NCBI RefSeq assembly: GCF_009914755.1
Contig: NC_060943.1
Length of the DNA: 64,000 nucleotides
Reading direction: 5' to 3' (one strand)
Source: the human T2T-CHM13v2.0 reference genome, Homo sapiens
The position numbers were made by a program, and so were the translations under genes. Positions 21,187 to 34,828 of this stretch are shown here, in pieces; the first letter of the stretch is position 1; every line of letters starts with the position of its first letter. A model generated the notes under the pieces. The model was not told the DNA's origin. It ran no database searches and saw only the letters and a program-made list of their open reading frames with translations.

Positions 21187-22333
21187 TTAATTAGTCTCAA
21201 ATTCCACTTTAAAATAGCAGAACTGTGGATTTTGAAAAGTGGAAACAAAGACTTCAGGTTATTAGTTTTTTAAAGGATTACAGTAGAGGGGACCTCCTTG
21301 TGTTCAAATCTGCTGTTTACAAAAGAAAAGCAAAACCTGGCCTGTAGATTCTAAAGATCTTCCTATTTCCTTAAATTTTCAGTTTGATTGTGTCACATTT
21401 ACCATGAGTGACTCCATTTGGTTTGGTTTGGTCTGTTCGGGCCTAGTGCACAAGCTTGGTCCAGAATGATGGCCTTCAATAATTTTGTTTAAAACATTTT
21501 CTCCTTTAGGTTAAGTTCTCACATAGGTCAAAGTGCGACCAAAACTCAGGGGTCTTATTGCCACTCTCAGTTTTTATTATTTTGGGTTTTTGTCCTTATA
21601 ATGTCATTCATAGGTTATGGTGTCCCCATGGTCACATATGTCTTTGAGTTTTTTTTAATGCCAGTTAAAGAGAAACCATTCGGGCTGGGTGTGGTGGCTC
21701 GTGCCTGTAATCCCAGCACTTTGGGAGGCTGAGGTGGGTGAATCACAAGGTCAGGAGTTCAAGATCAAGCCACTACACTCCAGTCTGGGTGGCAGAACAA
21801 GACTCCATCTCAAAAAAAAAAAAAAAAAAAAAAGAGAGAGAGAGACCATTTGACATTCTAGAGATGACTACATGCAAACATTTATAACTTTTGAGAGAAT
21901 ACACTGCAAAAAGGAGACACTATTTTGACTATCACAACACCACACCCAGCTAATTTTGTATTTTTAGTAAAGATGGGGTTTCTCCATGGTGGTTTGACTG
22001 GCGAGAGCACACCTGAACAAAGGAGGGAAGCAATTTTTATCAGAAAAATAATACCACAACTTTTAAGTATGCTTTTTGGCCAGGGTTCCCATGAATAACC
22101 AACTGAAATTAAATAGATCAAATAGTTAACTAGACAAATGGCCTACTCATTTCAACCAGGCAGACTGTTCATTAATCCCCAACAACCGAATCTCTGTAAT
22201 ACTCAATGTATTTCTCCACGTGCAACTACAAGTATTAGCAACTGCACAGATACTTCTCTGTTTATCCAGTAAGTAATCTAGAGAAATTCTATTATTTAGA
22301 ACAAACTTAGGCGGAAAATTTAAAGTCTATAAA

Positions 22334-22940
22334 TGTTATAAGTAAAATGTTTATTTAGAAACAGAATGCTTGTTCCTTGGTACCGCAAGGAAAAATTAAC
22401 ATTCAGACAAAAAATTGTCTCAGCAAGGCAATTTTACTTTCTGCAGAAAGGGTGCTCCCCAGATGGAACAATGGCAAGAGCACACCTGAACAAAGGAGGG
22501 AAACAACTTTTATCCCTTATGCAGCTTGTCCCTGCTACTGCATCCTGTCTCCATTAGATGGAGCTGGACCACACAATCTAAGCTAACCCAACTGGCTAAT
22601 AATTTAAAACTTTCCTAAATAGGTAAAGGCAAGGGAGAACAAAGGAAAGGAGGAAGTTGTTTATGCCAGATAGGGAAGGGGCATAGGCTGCGAGCTGGAA
22701 CGTGCCTGTGAACATGTCCAGCACAAATATCTTGGTTAAGGTACAAGGACATAGAATGTACTATGTGCCTGTGAGCATGTCTAGCAGCTACATAGGATAG
22801 GGCTTAACAAAGAGTTATTAGCACAAAGCAAGGAGGCTTGAAGGAAGTTAGTCTTTAAAAGAAACTATTACTTTTAATACTTACAAATTATTCTTTAACA
22901 AGAAGGGAAACTTTGAAGAGGAAACTTTTTACTTTCTACA
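22334..22940 (-). mobile_element. LTR10-family (HERV-I) solo LTR
   Basis: TG..CA ends, ~607 bp. The minus strand starts TGTAGAAAGTAAAAAGTTTCCTCTTCAAAG. Contains p53-like decamers. Subfamily not resolved. Confidence 0.75.
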
Positions 22941-23355
22941 ATAGTGTATCCGTAATTCTTAGACTAGAATCTGCTATAGAGCCCTATTATGGGGGATAAA
23001 TTTCTAACCATTGTCTCATTTACTCTAAACCACGGAAAAAAATAACCTACCAAGTGTGCTCATTCAGAAGAACAATGGCCTCCTGGCAATGCTCTTTATC
23101 CTATTCTGAATAAGTTCTCTTTAACTTGTAAAGTAAGTTAGGAGCAATGAACCAATATTCTGTTTCTGATGTTATGAAGCAACAAATGTCCCATTAAAAT
23201 GTCTCACCCACATTGGCCCTTTATCTTTAATCTATCAAGGCATAAGTTTGTTCATAGATAAGGTTGACTGCAAAATCCTCTACATATAAAAATAAAACCC
23301 ATGAGTGCACACAAGAGATCCCTTTTTTCTTTTTCTTTTTTTTTTTTCTTTTTGA

Positions 23356-23460
<105 letters not shown>

Positions 23461-24586
23461 TGAGTAGCTGGGATTACAGGCACATGCCCCCACACCCAGC
23501 TGATTTTGTATTTTTAATAGAGATGGGGTTTCTCCATGTTGGTCAGGCTGGTCTTCAACTTCTGACCTAAGGTGATCCACCTGCCTCAGCCTCCCAAAAT
23601 GCTGGGATTACAGGCATGAGCCACTGTGCCAGCCTTTTATTTCTTTTGTTTGCAGAGGCAAAAAAAACAAAAAACAAAAAAAAAAAAACAAAAAACAAAA
23701 CAAAAAAAAACAGACAAACAACAAACAGTGAACTAAGAGTGTCATGATAGCAGAAATGTCTTGATTTTTGATTTCGTGAAAATAGCAATCTACATCAAGG
23801 ATGACATCTCCTTTTGAGGAGAAACATTCCTAGTTAGCTTTACCTTAAGATCTCCAATGGGTATAAAATTGTAAGAGTTTGGAGGTCTGCTTCAGAGTTG
23901 TGAGATTATGAACCCAAGGTTCAAGGTCCTGAAGTCTTACTGCAGTGTAGATGGCAAGCAGATTTAATCTCTGGGTTGTAGATTATAAAGACTTACTGTC
24001 CTCAGTCAGTAGACTGTTAAAAGGCTTTCTTTACCTGGTGAAAATATGCTTCATCATAATACATTAAAATCTTGCTGCATTTAGTCATACTAGACTTCAG
24101 TAACAGAAGATACAAGAGGATCTATTTTTAGGTGCATAGGCCTTCACCTATAGTCCAGTGACTATGAGGGTCAACACTTTTTTTTCACTCTAAGTGTATA
24201 TGATTGTCATCAATCTGCAATTATGAAAGCAATCCAGTCAATGTAGTTAGCTTTTCTCATACTATTGTATCCATTATACCTTATTTAACATTTTGAAAAC
24301 TTGCCTAGTGAAATAAGTATCTTTATCATTAGAGACTTTTTCAGAAATGTCCCATGAGAGAAACATTTCCTTATATCCTTTTAGCTACTGGTATAACAGT
24401 AGATTTCTTACATCAGAAAGCTTTTCTACTTTAAGAAAACATGTGTTATAAGGGACAATTCAATAAAATTTCTGTGTAAATGTTTAAATGGCCCATGGGA
24501 TAGCAGAAAACATGCAGTTTTGATTGTTTTCTCATGTTTATATGTTTGACAAAAGAAAAATGTCATAACCTATTTTAATAATTTAG

Positions 24587-24766
<180 letters not shown>

Positions 24767-24894
24767 TGAGTAGCTGGGTTACAGGCTCCCGCAACCACAT
24801 CCAGCTAATTTTTTGTAATTTCAGTAGAGATGGGGTTTCATCATGTTGGCCATGCTGGTCTCGAACTCCTGACCTCAGGTGGTCCACCTACCTT

Positions 24895-25407
24895 TGCCAA
24901 GACCAGCTCGGCTGGGGAGACCCTAACCCAGTGGCGCTAGAGGAATTAAAGACACACACACAGAAATATAGAGGTGTGAAGTGGGAAATCAGGGGTCTCA
25001 CAGCCTTCAGGGCTGAGAGACCCAAAGAGAGATTTACCCACATATTTAATAACAGCAAACCAGTCATTAGCATTGTTTCTATAGATATTAAATTAACTAA
25101 AAGTATCCCTTATGGGAAATGAAGGAATGGGCCAAATTAAAGAAACAGGTTGGGCTAGTTAACTGCAGCAGGAACATGTCCTTAAGGCACAGATTGCTCA
25201 TGGTATCGTTTGTGGCTTAAGAATGCCTTTAAGCAGTTTTCCACCCTGGGCGGGCCAGGTGTTCCTTGCCCTCATTCTCATAAACCCACAACCTTCCAGC
25301 ATGGGCTTTAGGGCCATTATGAACATGTTATAGTGCTGCAGAGATTTTGTTTATGGCCAGTTTTGGGGCCAGTATATGGCCAGATTTTGAGAGGCCTGCT
25401 CCCAACA
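24895..25407 (-). mobile_element. 3' LTR (MER9)
   Basis: Direct repeat of 31303-31814, with about 41 differences over 512 bp by hand count. Preceded by the PPT. Confidence 0.92.
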
Positions 25408-25419
25408 TGTCCCCCTTCT

Positions 25420-26415
25420 CTGATTTGCAAATCGATAAAAGCAAAGGCAGCTTTGTCACAGTGAGCTACTTCTCGCAGGAGTCAGGATCCACATCTGCAG
25501 ACTATACAAAGACAAACAACACAGATTAAAAGCACAATCATCATTGAAGTCACAGAGTTTTCAAGTGTTTTTATCCATTTTCAGCTCCTTTAAGTACTCC
25601 AGTTCCTGGCATTAAGGCCAGGTGTGCCTGGGATGCTTTAAATATTTGTTCTTTTAATTTTAAATCCTTATGTTAAGCTCCTTGAGTGGGCCATATCATT
25701 TGAATTTGAGGTGCCACTATACTGCCATGGTTCCAGATAATAGGAACTCTTGCTGTACTTCTTATTATATCTACCATCTGACCATTTTGTTCAGACCAGC
25801 TGAACATAGTGTGGGCCTGGCATGCAGACTGAGAGGTGGAATTCAAGCTAAACATCCCCTTAGGGGACCAATTAATAATGATTCCATAGGAATCATTGTG
25901 CAGCACCTCTGCCTGCTCTGCAATGCAATCTTCCTAAACTAGTAGGTTCATTTTTTCTAACTGGGTCCAATCCTGTTTACAAATAGGTTTTTGAGGGTGG
26001 TATGCCTCCATTATAGGAGCAGATTTATTATGGTAAATACTGAGATCAGAAAGCATGTGTAACTGTGTCATAAAGTGATTGCATCCAGGCATTATTGCCA
26101 GCCAAGACTGATAAATATAACCAATAAGTATAATTGTTCTCTGTGTCAGCCCTTATTGAAGGAATACTCACAGCAGTGGTGATAACCACTATCATAGCTA
26201 CCATTAAATTATTCGTTGTGACTGGTTGTCTCGCTTTTCTCAGGTTTTTTTCTGCCATTTATGACAGCTTCTTGATTTGTCCCCAGGTGGGTGGCTGTGT
26301 TCAATGGGTGTTGCTCATGACAGTTGGGGTCCTCCTCAGCATCACTCTCAACATGGCTGCAACCGGGGGGGTCCTCAGGATCCTCCCAGAGTCTTTTCCT
26401 TGGCATCTGGCTCAT
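25420..26415 (-). pseudogene. HML-3 env remnant, largely deleted
   Basis: Hydrophobic signal-like NLMVAMIVVITTAVSIP and SU-like YGIIINWSPKG. Only about 1 kb separates integrase from the PPT. Confidence 0.75.
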
Positions 26416-28950
26416 GATAAGGTTTCAGATGTCTTGATGGTATCCAAATTGGCTGTTGATTCAGTCCTGGAGAAACACAAGCATAACCTCTACCCCAAGT
26501 TATTATTTTACCTATTTTCCAACTTTTTGTTATTGGATCTCTCCACCAAATCAGTTGTTCTGCTTCTGTCTTTGCAACTGGTTTCTGTAGATGCTGTTCA
26601 GCTGCTGATAACATCTGGCCTTTGGGTAGGCTCAAAAAATTTAAAGTTAATAATGCTAGATTCAATTGCATCTGTGGGGTTTCATATTCTCTGTCTCCCT
26701 CTTTCTGATTTTGCAACTGCTGTTTTAGGGAGAGATTCATTCTTTCCACTATGGCTTGTCCCTGAGAATTGTATGGGATACCAGTAATGTGTTTAATATT
26801 CCACATAGAGAAAAATGTAGGTAGAGCTTGGCTAGTATAGTCTGGGGCATTATCTGTTTTAATAGAAGCTGGAATGCCCACCACCACAAAACACTGCAAA
26901 AGATGATGTTTAACACAGGCAGAAGACTCTCCTGTTTGGCATGTAGCCCAGACAAAGTGAGAAAAGATGTCCACACATACATGTACATAAGCTAGTCTCC
27001 CAAACGAGGGAACATGTGTGACATACATTTGCCAAAGAGCTATAGGTTCCAATCCTCAAGGATTAACTCCTCCTGTAAAAGAAGAGGAATGTACCATTTG
27101 GCAAGTTGGGCATCACTGGATAATAGTTTTAGCTTCTTTCCAGGTAATGCTGTATCTGCGTTTGAGACCAGAGGCATTAACATGGGTTAAATTGTGAAAA
27201 TGTCTAGCATTAGATATTGCATTAGCAACTAGGCAATCAGCCATCTGATTCCCTTTAGTCAAAGGTCCTGGAAGAGGTGTATGAGCGAGCCCTAATGTGA
27301 GTGATGTAAAAAGGATGCAGTCTATTCCTAACTGCTGTTTGCAATTGGGTAAATAAAATCATCAGGTGTTAATCTGTATGAAATCATAACTGAGCATTTT
27401 CAATTAACTGTGTGGAATGAACCACGTATGAAGAATCAGAAATCACATTAATAGGCATATCAAAAGCAGTCAATACCTCAATTACAGCTACAAGCTCTGC
27501 TTTTGAGCTGAAGTATAGGGCATCTGGAAAACTTTACTTTTCGAGCTAGAATAAGGAGCTTTACAATTACTAGACCTATCTGTAAAAACATTCTCAGCAC
27601 CTTCAATTGGTTTAAATTTAGTTATTTCAGGGAGAATCCAATTAGTTAATTTCAAAAACTGAAACAGCTTCATTTTAGGAAAATGATTATTGAGAATACC
27701 CACGAAGTCAGCTAAATGAGTTTGCCAAGTAAGACTATTTATAAAAGCTTGCTGTATTTGTGCCTTCATGAGAGAGACAATAACTTTTCCAGGATCATAT
27801 CCATGTAATTTAACAATCCGAGTTCTCCCAATTCCTATCATAGTTGCAATTTGATCTAAATAAGGAGTTAGAGTCCATGAATTAGTATGTGGAAGAAAAA
27901 GCCACTCTACTAAGTCCTGTTTTTGGATAATAACACCAGTAGGTGAATGCTGAGTTGAAAAAATTAGCAAATCTAGAGTCTTCTCTGGATCTATTCTATT
28001 TACTTGAGCTTTATGGACTTGCATTTTAATTAGTTGTAACCCTTCCTTAGCCTGCTTTGTTAATTGCCAAGGGCTAGTAAGACTAGGATTTCCTCTAAGG
28101 ATAGAAAACAGATTACTTGTGGCATAGGTAGGAATGCCTAGAGCAAGTCGTATCCAATTAATGTCCCCTAGAAATTTTTGAAAGTCATTTAATGTTTTTA
28201 GTTGATCCCTATGTATGGTTACCTTCTATGGCACAATGGTAGTGTCATTTACTAAGGTCCCCAAGTAGGAGTAAGGAGTAGTAGTCTGAATTTTGTCAGG
28301 GGCTATAATTAAACCAGCATGAGGAGTCAAATTTTGCAAGTGACCATAATATTGGAATAATATTTCTCAAGTGGGGGCAGCACAAACTACATTATCCATA
28401 TAGTGAATAATGTAACACTGTGAAAAATATTTTATGAGTAGGTTCAATTGCTTACCCCACATACGTCTGGCAAATTGTAGGACTGTTTAACATGCCCTGT
28501 GGCAACGCTTTCCAATGATAACACTTAGCAGGCTGCAGGTTGTTTATTGCAGGAATTGTAAAAGCAAACCATTCACAGTCTTGCTCAGCTAAAGGCATAG
28601 TAAAGAAACAGTCTTTTAAATCTAGGACTACTAAAGGCCAAGTTTTTGGAATTATAGCAGGAGAAGGCAATCCTGGCTGTAATGCTCCCATAGGTTGTAT
28701 AACTGAATTGATGGTTCTTAAGTCAGTTAACGTTCTGCATTTACCTGATTTTTTTCCTAATTACAAAAACTGGAGAATTCCAAGGAGAAAATGTTGGAGC
28801 TATGGGCCCATTTTCTAATTGTTCAGTAACTAATTTCTCTAAAGCCTCCAGTTTCTCTTCATTTAGCAGCCATTGTTCTATCCAAATTGGCTTATCTGTT
28901 AACCATTTTAAAGGTATAGGTTCTGGAGGCTTAACAATGGCTGCCATCAA
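26375..28950 (-). pseudogene. HML-3 pol remnant (RT, RNase H, integrase)
   Basis: RT motifs [28 protein letters not shown] and HYMDN (YMDD degenerate). RNase H VFTDRS. Integrase core WQMYVTH..KTDNAP..AIVER (ORF 26375-27052). Multiple frameshifts. Confidence 0.92.
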
Positions 28951-29830
28951 AAATGATATCCTAATCTTTGGCAGAAATTTTGTCTTCCACTTGAAGCCGT
29001 TCTTTCAAACCTTGCAAATTTTTTTCCAGTTCCATGCCAGGGACATACCCCATTTCATGCATTGTATGTTGACTTTGAGGGCTATATAATTTTTCTGGAA
29101 TTAGAACGTGTGCTCCCCGTTGTTGTAATAAATCTCTTCCCCATAAAATTATAGGTATAGAAGTAATAATTGGTTGAATAGTCCCAGGTTGTCCATCGGG
29201 CCCTTCACAATGCAAAATATAACTACTTTGATATACTTCAGGGGCTTTACCAACTCCAACTATGTTAAATTGAGTGGGTTGAATTGGTCACAAGGATGGC
29301 CAGTGCTGTAGAGAAATGATTGAAACGTCTGCTTCTGTATCTATCAAACCTTTAAATTTCTTTCCCTGAATAGTTATTTCACAGGTAGGACATTTATCAG
29401 TAATTTGATTTACCCAATACGCTGCTTTGCCTTGTTTATTTGTGCTTCCAAATCCTCTTTTTCATTTAGTTTCACTTTTTCCCATTCCCACATATGGCAC
29501 AATCAGGAGCTGTGCTATGCACTCTCCTGGCTCTGCTTTCCAGGGAACAGAAGTAGATACAACAATTTGAATTTCCCCATTGTAATCTGAATCAATGACT
29601 CCTGTATGTATTTGTATGCCTTTTAAACTTAAACTAGACCTTCCTAAAAGTAATCCTATTGTCCCCACTGGCAAGGTTCCACAGACTGCTGTTGGGACCT
29701 TTTGCGGGGGTTGCCCAGGCAGAAGGCTCACAGGTTTCATGCAGCATAAATCTACTGTGGCAGTACTGGCTATGGCAGGGGACAGACATTGTACGGGGGT
29801 GACGGAATGGCCTGAGCTGGAAATACCCCC
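28950..29830 (-). pseudogene. HML-3 pro remnant (dUTPase, protease, G-patch)
   Basis: dUTPase motifs GRSS and GVIDSDYNGEI. Protease GLIDTEADVS (DTG changed to DTE) and ILWGRDLL. G-patch-like MGYVPGMELEKNLQG. Confidence 0.9.
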
Positions 29831-29832
29831 TT

Positions 29833-31200
29833 TTAGAACGGGGCCTGGGAAGGGCCCCTCATGGCGTTTCCTGAAATTGGGTTCCCTTCTTTATCAAACT
29901 TAGAGTGACATTGATTAGCCCAATGTTTTCCTTTTTTACATTTTTGACATATTTCAGGATCAGCAATTTTCTTTTTTCCCCTATCTGGCGGCCTGACTTC
30001 TACATTCCTTTTTAGTATGACCATGCTTCCCACAGTTAAAACAAGCTCCAGAAAATGGATTTATTTCCTTTATCCACTCTCAGTCCTGCCATTGCCTGTT
30101 CTACCAGAGTAGCTTTATGCAGATTACCTCTAATACCATCACTGGCCTTGATATAATCAACTAAATGTGCTTTCCCTCTGATAGGTCGCAGAGCAGCCTG
30201 GTAATCGGGATTAGCATTGTCAAAAGCTAATAAGGGCAACACTATATCCTGAGTAGCCAAATCTGCAATCATCTTTTTAAGAGACTCCTGTAACCGAGCT
30301 ATAAAATCAATGTATGGTTTTCTTGGTCCCTGTTTTATAGCACTAAAGGAAGGGTATTTTTCCCCACTTGAAGTGATTTTTTTCCCAAGCTTTAATGCAC
30401 ACTCCTCTAAGCTGTTCTATGGCATCATCCTGCATGACCAGTTGTGCATCTAAACCAGCCCAGCCGCCAACCCCCAAAAGTTGGTCTGAGTTATATCAAT
30501 TTGAGGATGGGCCTGGCCATTGTTAGCAGCCTGAATGGAAGCTTCATCTGCCCACCAAGTTTTCAACTGTAAGAACTGAGCAGGAGTTAGACAAACTCAA
30601 GTAAGAGTGTCCCAGTCAGTAGGAATCATCTGACTGGAAACAGCAACATTCTTTACAGTTGTTACATTACAAAACAGTCCCATTACAAAAGGAGAACCTG
30701 GTCCATACTGATTAATAGCTTCTTTAAATTATTTGAGTAATTTAAAAGGAAAAGGCTCAAATGTAGCCGTAATATTTCCCTGTTGATCTGGGGGGTGTAT
30801 TCTAACAGGCAACTGCCAAGCCTCTAAATCACCCTCTTGTCTAGCTTGCTGAATTCCTGCCTGAATAGAACTAAGAGTGGTCACTCGAGGCGCTGCTTGA
30901 ACAGTCACTGGGGCAACTACTTTTCATCCAGTGTCCTCTGGAAAAGAAAGATCTGGAGGGTCTTTTTCTTCAAAATAATAAGGAGGGTGTGCAGAAGGGT
31001 AGGGATGAACCTCTCCTTCCTTTGCCGCTTTCTCTTTAGCTGGTAAATAAACATGCTCTGTAACCTCTTCTGTTACTTTGCTATACTCTCGTTCCTCCTC
31101 ATTAGTGTGAAAAAGTTCCAAAGTGAAACGAACCAGACCCCACACCTGTCCTATTTTTACCCTGATGCTTCTGAGCTCCCCCTCTTACTCACCACGGGGA
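29833..31200 (-). pseudogene. HML-3 gag remnant
   Basis: Fragments WGLVRFTLELFHT, PPYY late-domain-like motif, capsid LAFDNANPDYQAALRPIRGK, and NC zinc knuckle CQKCKKGKHWANQC. Frameshifted. Confidence 0.88.
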
Positions 31201-31302
31201 TTGCTTTAAGAGTACTCAGGTGTCCTCCAGTTAGTTTTCCATTCCAAAGATTGCTCCAGTGACCCTTTGACCTGGATTCGAGCCCCAATGATGGATGCCA
31301 CT

Positions 31303-31814
31303 TGCCGAGACCAGCTGGGTGGGGGAGACCCTAAGCCAGTGGTGCTAGAGGAATTAAAGACACATGCACAGAAATACAGAGGTATGAAGTGGGAAATCAG
31401 GGGTCTCACAGCCTTCAGAGCTGAGAGCCCCAAACAGAGATTTACCACATATTTATTAACAGCAAACCAGTCATTAGCATTGTTTCTATAGATATTAAAT
31501 TAACTAAAAATATCCCTTATGGAAAATGAAGGGATGGGCCAAATTAAAGGAACAGGTTGGGCTAGTTAACTGCAGCAGGAGCATATCCTTAAGGCATAGA
31601 TCACTCATGCTATTGTTTGTGGCTTAAGAATGCCTTTAAGCAGTTTTCCACCCTGGGTGGGCCAGGTGTTCCTTGCCCTCATTCCAGCAAACCCACAACC
31701 TTCCAGTGTGGGCGTTAGGGCCATTATGAACATGTTATTTTGCTGCAGAGATTTTGGTTATGGCCAGTTTTGGGGCCAGCAAATGGCCAGATTTTGGGGG
31801 GCCTGCTCCCAACA
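31303..31814 (-). mobile_element. 5' LTR (MER9)
   Basis: Begins TGTTGGGAGCAGGCCCCCAAAATCTGGCC on the minus strand and is followed by the PBS. Confidence 0.92.
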
Positions 31815-31899
31815 TGCCTTGGCCTCCCAAAGTGCTGGGATTACAGGCATGATCCACTGCACCCGGCCCTATATTTATTTATTTATGTTTTCTTTTTGA

Positions 31900-32004
<105 letters not shown>

Positions 32005-32043
32005 TGAGTAGCTGGGATTATAGGTGCCCACCACCATGCCTGA

Positions 32044-32196
<153 letters not shown>

Positions 32197-34120
32197 TAGA
32201 TTATTTTATCTCATCTGTGATATGTAATGGAATACAGCACTTTCAATAACGGAAGCTATAAGAACTCAGGAATAAACAAGGGGCTGTTGGCTTTCTAGGT
32301 TTTCCATGAGTCCACACTTAACATAAAATTTATTTCCTCTTAAATACTAGGCTTTGTTTCTCCAATTTAGTTGCATTGCACTGATAACTGTCATAGGTAA
32401 TTGACTTAAACCACAGGGTTTATTCAAATGACATATCTGAAAAATTCAGTACTAGCTGATTTACCATAAATATGAGACAGAGTATTTTCAAAATATTTAA
32501 TTAATATTTATTTTGCCTGGGTTATAAATTTTATGAGTCAGTCTCTTCATTAGAACTCACATAATCCTTACCCAGTCCAAACGATATGATCCTCAAATTA
32601 TCAGAAACCTGTACTCAATTTTTCTGGGCCATTTTTATCTTTTCATAAACCTTCTTAAAGACACAATACTCTAGAATTTTGCATGCTTTTGAAGTTTTTA
32701 GAAACTATATCAGAATTAACCTGTTAACTGTAGAAATGACTTGAAATGGTTATAAAGGAACAAATGAAAAGAAGTTCATTATATCTGTGGCCTACAATAA
32801 TTTATCATAATAGCCATAATTATGACTAATAGCATATACTCAGGTATATTAGATTTTTAGAAATTGTAGGCCAGGTGTGGTGGCTCATGCCTCTAATCCC
32901 AGCACTTTGGGAGGTCAAGGTTGGTGGATCATGAGGTCAGGAGATCAAGACCATCCTGGCCAACATGGTGAAACCACATCTCTACCAAAAATACAAAAAA
33001 AAATAGGTAGGCATGGTAGCATGCACCTGTAGTCCTAGCTACTTGGGAGGCTGAGGCAGGGGAATCGCCTGAACCCAGGATGCAGAGGTTACAGTGAGCC
33101 AAGATTGCACCATTTCACTCCAGCCTGGGTGACAGAGCAAGACAAAAAAAGAAAGAAAGAAAGAGAGAAAGGGGGTAGGGAGGGAGGGAGGAAGGATGTA
33201 TACAATTTTGGAATACATTTTTTTGTTTGTTTGTTTGTTTTGTTTTGTTTTTAGAGACAGAGTTTGGTTCTGTCACCCAGGCTAGAGTGCAGTGGCGTAA
33301 TCTCGGCTCACTGAAAGCTCCACCTCCCAGGTTCACGCCATTCTCCTGCCTCAGCCTCCCAAGTAGCTGGGACTACAGGTGCCTGCCACCGCACCCAGCT
33401 AATATTTTGTATTTTTAGTAGAGATGGGGTTTCACCATGTTAGCCAGGATATTCTCAATCTCCTGACCTCGTGATCCACCTGCCTTGGCCTCCCAAAGTG
33501 CTGGAATTACAGATGTGAGCCACCGCGCCTGGCCTTTTGGTTTTTATTTTTGAGACGGAGTTTTGCTCTGTCACCAGTCTGGAGTGCAGTGGCTCACTGC
33601 AACCTCCACCTCCTGGGTTCCAATGATTCTTCTGCCTCAGCCTCCCGAGTAGCAGGGACTGCAGGCATGCATCACCATGCTCAGCTAATTTTTTGTATTT
33701 TAGTAGAGACAGGGTTTCACCATATTGGCCAGAATGGTCTCTATCTCCTGACCTCATGATCGACCTGCCTCAGCCTCCCAAAGTACTGGGATTACAGGCT
33801 TGAGCCACCACACCCAGCCTTTGGACTAAATATTAATAACATTTATTAAAATAAAAGTTTGATCAAACATTTTTAATTTAACAATGTTTTCCATTTAATT
33901 TACCATATCAGATAATTCTGTTCTTCACTCTTTGGGATGCTGCGTTGGCCCTCTGTAACATCCAAAACTTTGGGATTAAAAAAAAGACAATTTTTTAGCT
34001 GAAATGTGATTTTGTGAAGCTTGTCAAATATGTCAAAGGGTTGCCAGGCATGGTGACTCATGCCTGTAATCCCAGCAGTTTGGGAGGCTGAGGTGGGTGG
34101 ATCATGATGTCAGGAGTTCA

Positions 34121-34351
<231 letters not shown>

Positions 34352-34828
34352 TTAAAATGCTTTACCAAAATAGGATCACATGGCACCATAAAATAATAGT
34401 CATTCACTTAAAAATGTGATAATAAAAGGATTTTAAAAAACAAAACCATTACCACTTGATATAAGAGATTGAGTTTTCCAATTAAAACACCTGAGAAAGA
34501 CAGCATGAAAAAATTCTATCTCTACTTTCTTTGTTTTCAAATTTGTTCAAAAAGTGAACAAAAATATTTTACTTTGTCATATTATTAATACATAAGACTT
34601 TTGTTCCAGAGAAAATCAATTTCTAGTTTTGTATTAGTGTATTATCTATACTAAAGCTCATTTTAATAAAACTTTATAAATAAATCCACCAAATTTGTCA
34701 CTTTTGACCACTCTAGATTTCCATACATGTTTTACAATCTTTTATAGTTAATTCTTTAACTTTTTATATTCTATTTTGTCTCTATTCTTTTTATTTTTTC
34801 ATTTTTCAACAATCTCTAATTTCAAACT

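Larger units (their letters stand above)
24895..31814 (-). mobile_element. HERV-K(HML-3)/HERVK9 provirus with two MER9 LTRs, defective
   Basis: Two ~512-bp TG..CA LTRs. 6-bp TSD TACCTT (24889-24894) / TGCCTT (31815-31820). Degenerate tRNA-Lys PBS TGGCATCCATCATTGGGGC (31300-31282). PPT AGAGAAGGGGGA next to the 3' LTR. Betaretroviral gag-dUTPase/pro-pol-env order. Confidence 0.93.

Noticed and set aside
21682-21845. Short Alu with a large internal deletion
   Set aside because: An ordinary deletion between the homologous left and right Alu arms.
26134-26787. 217-aa hydrophobic plus-strand ORF resembling an antisense retroviral protein
   Set aside because: It is the antisense shadow of integrase/env with a non-ATG start. 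Nothing in the sequence supports expression.
31282-31300. tRNA-complementary sequence (also 53040-53057)
   Set aside because: Retroviral primer-binding sites, not tRNA genes.
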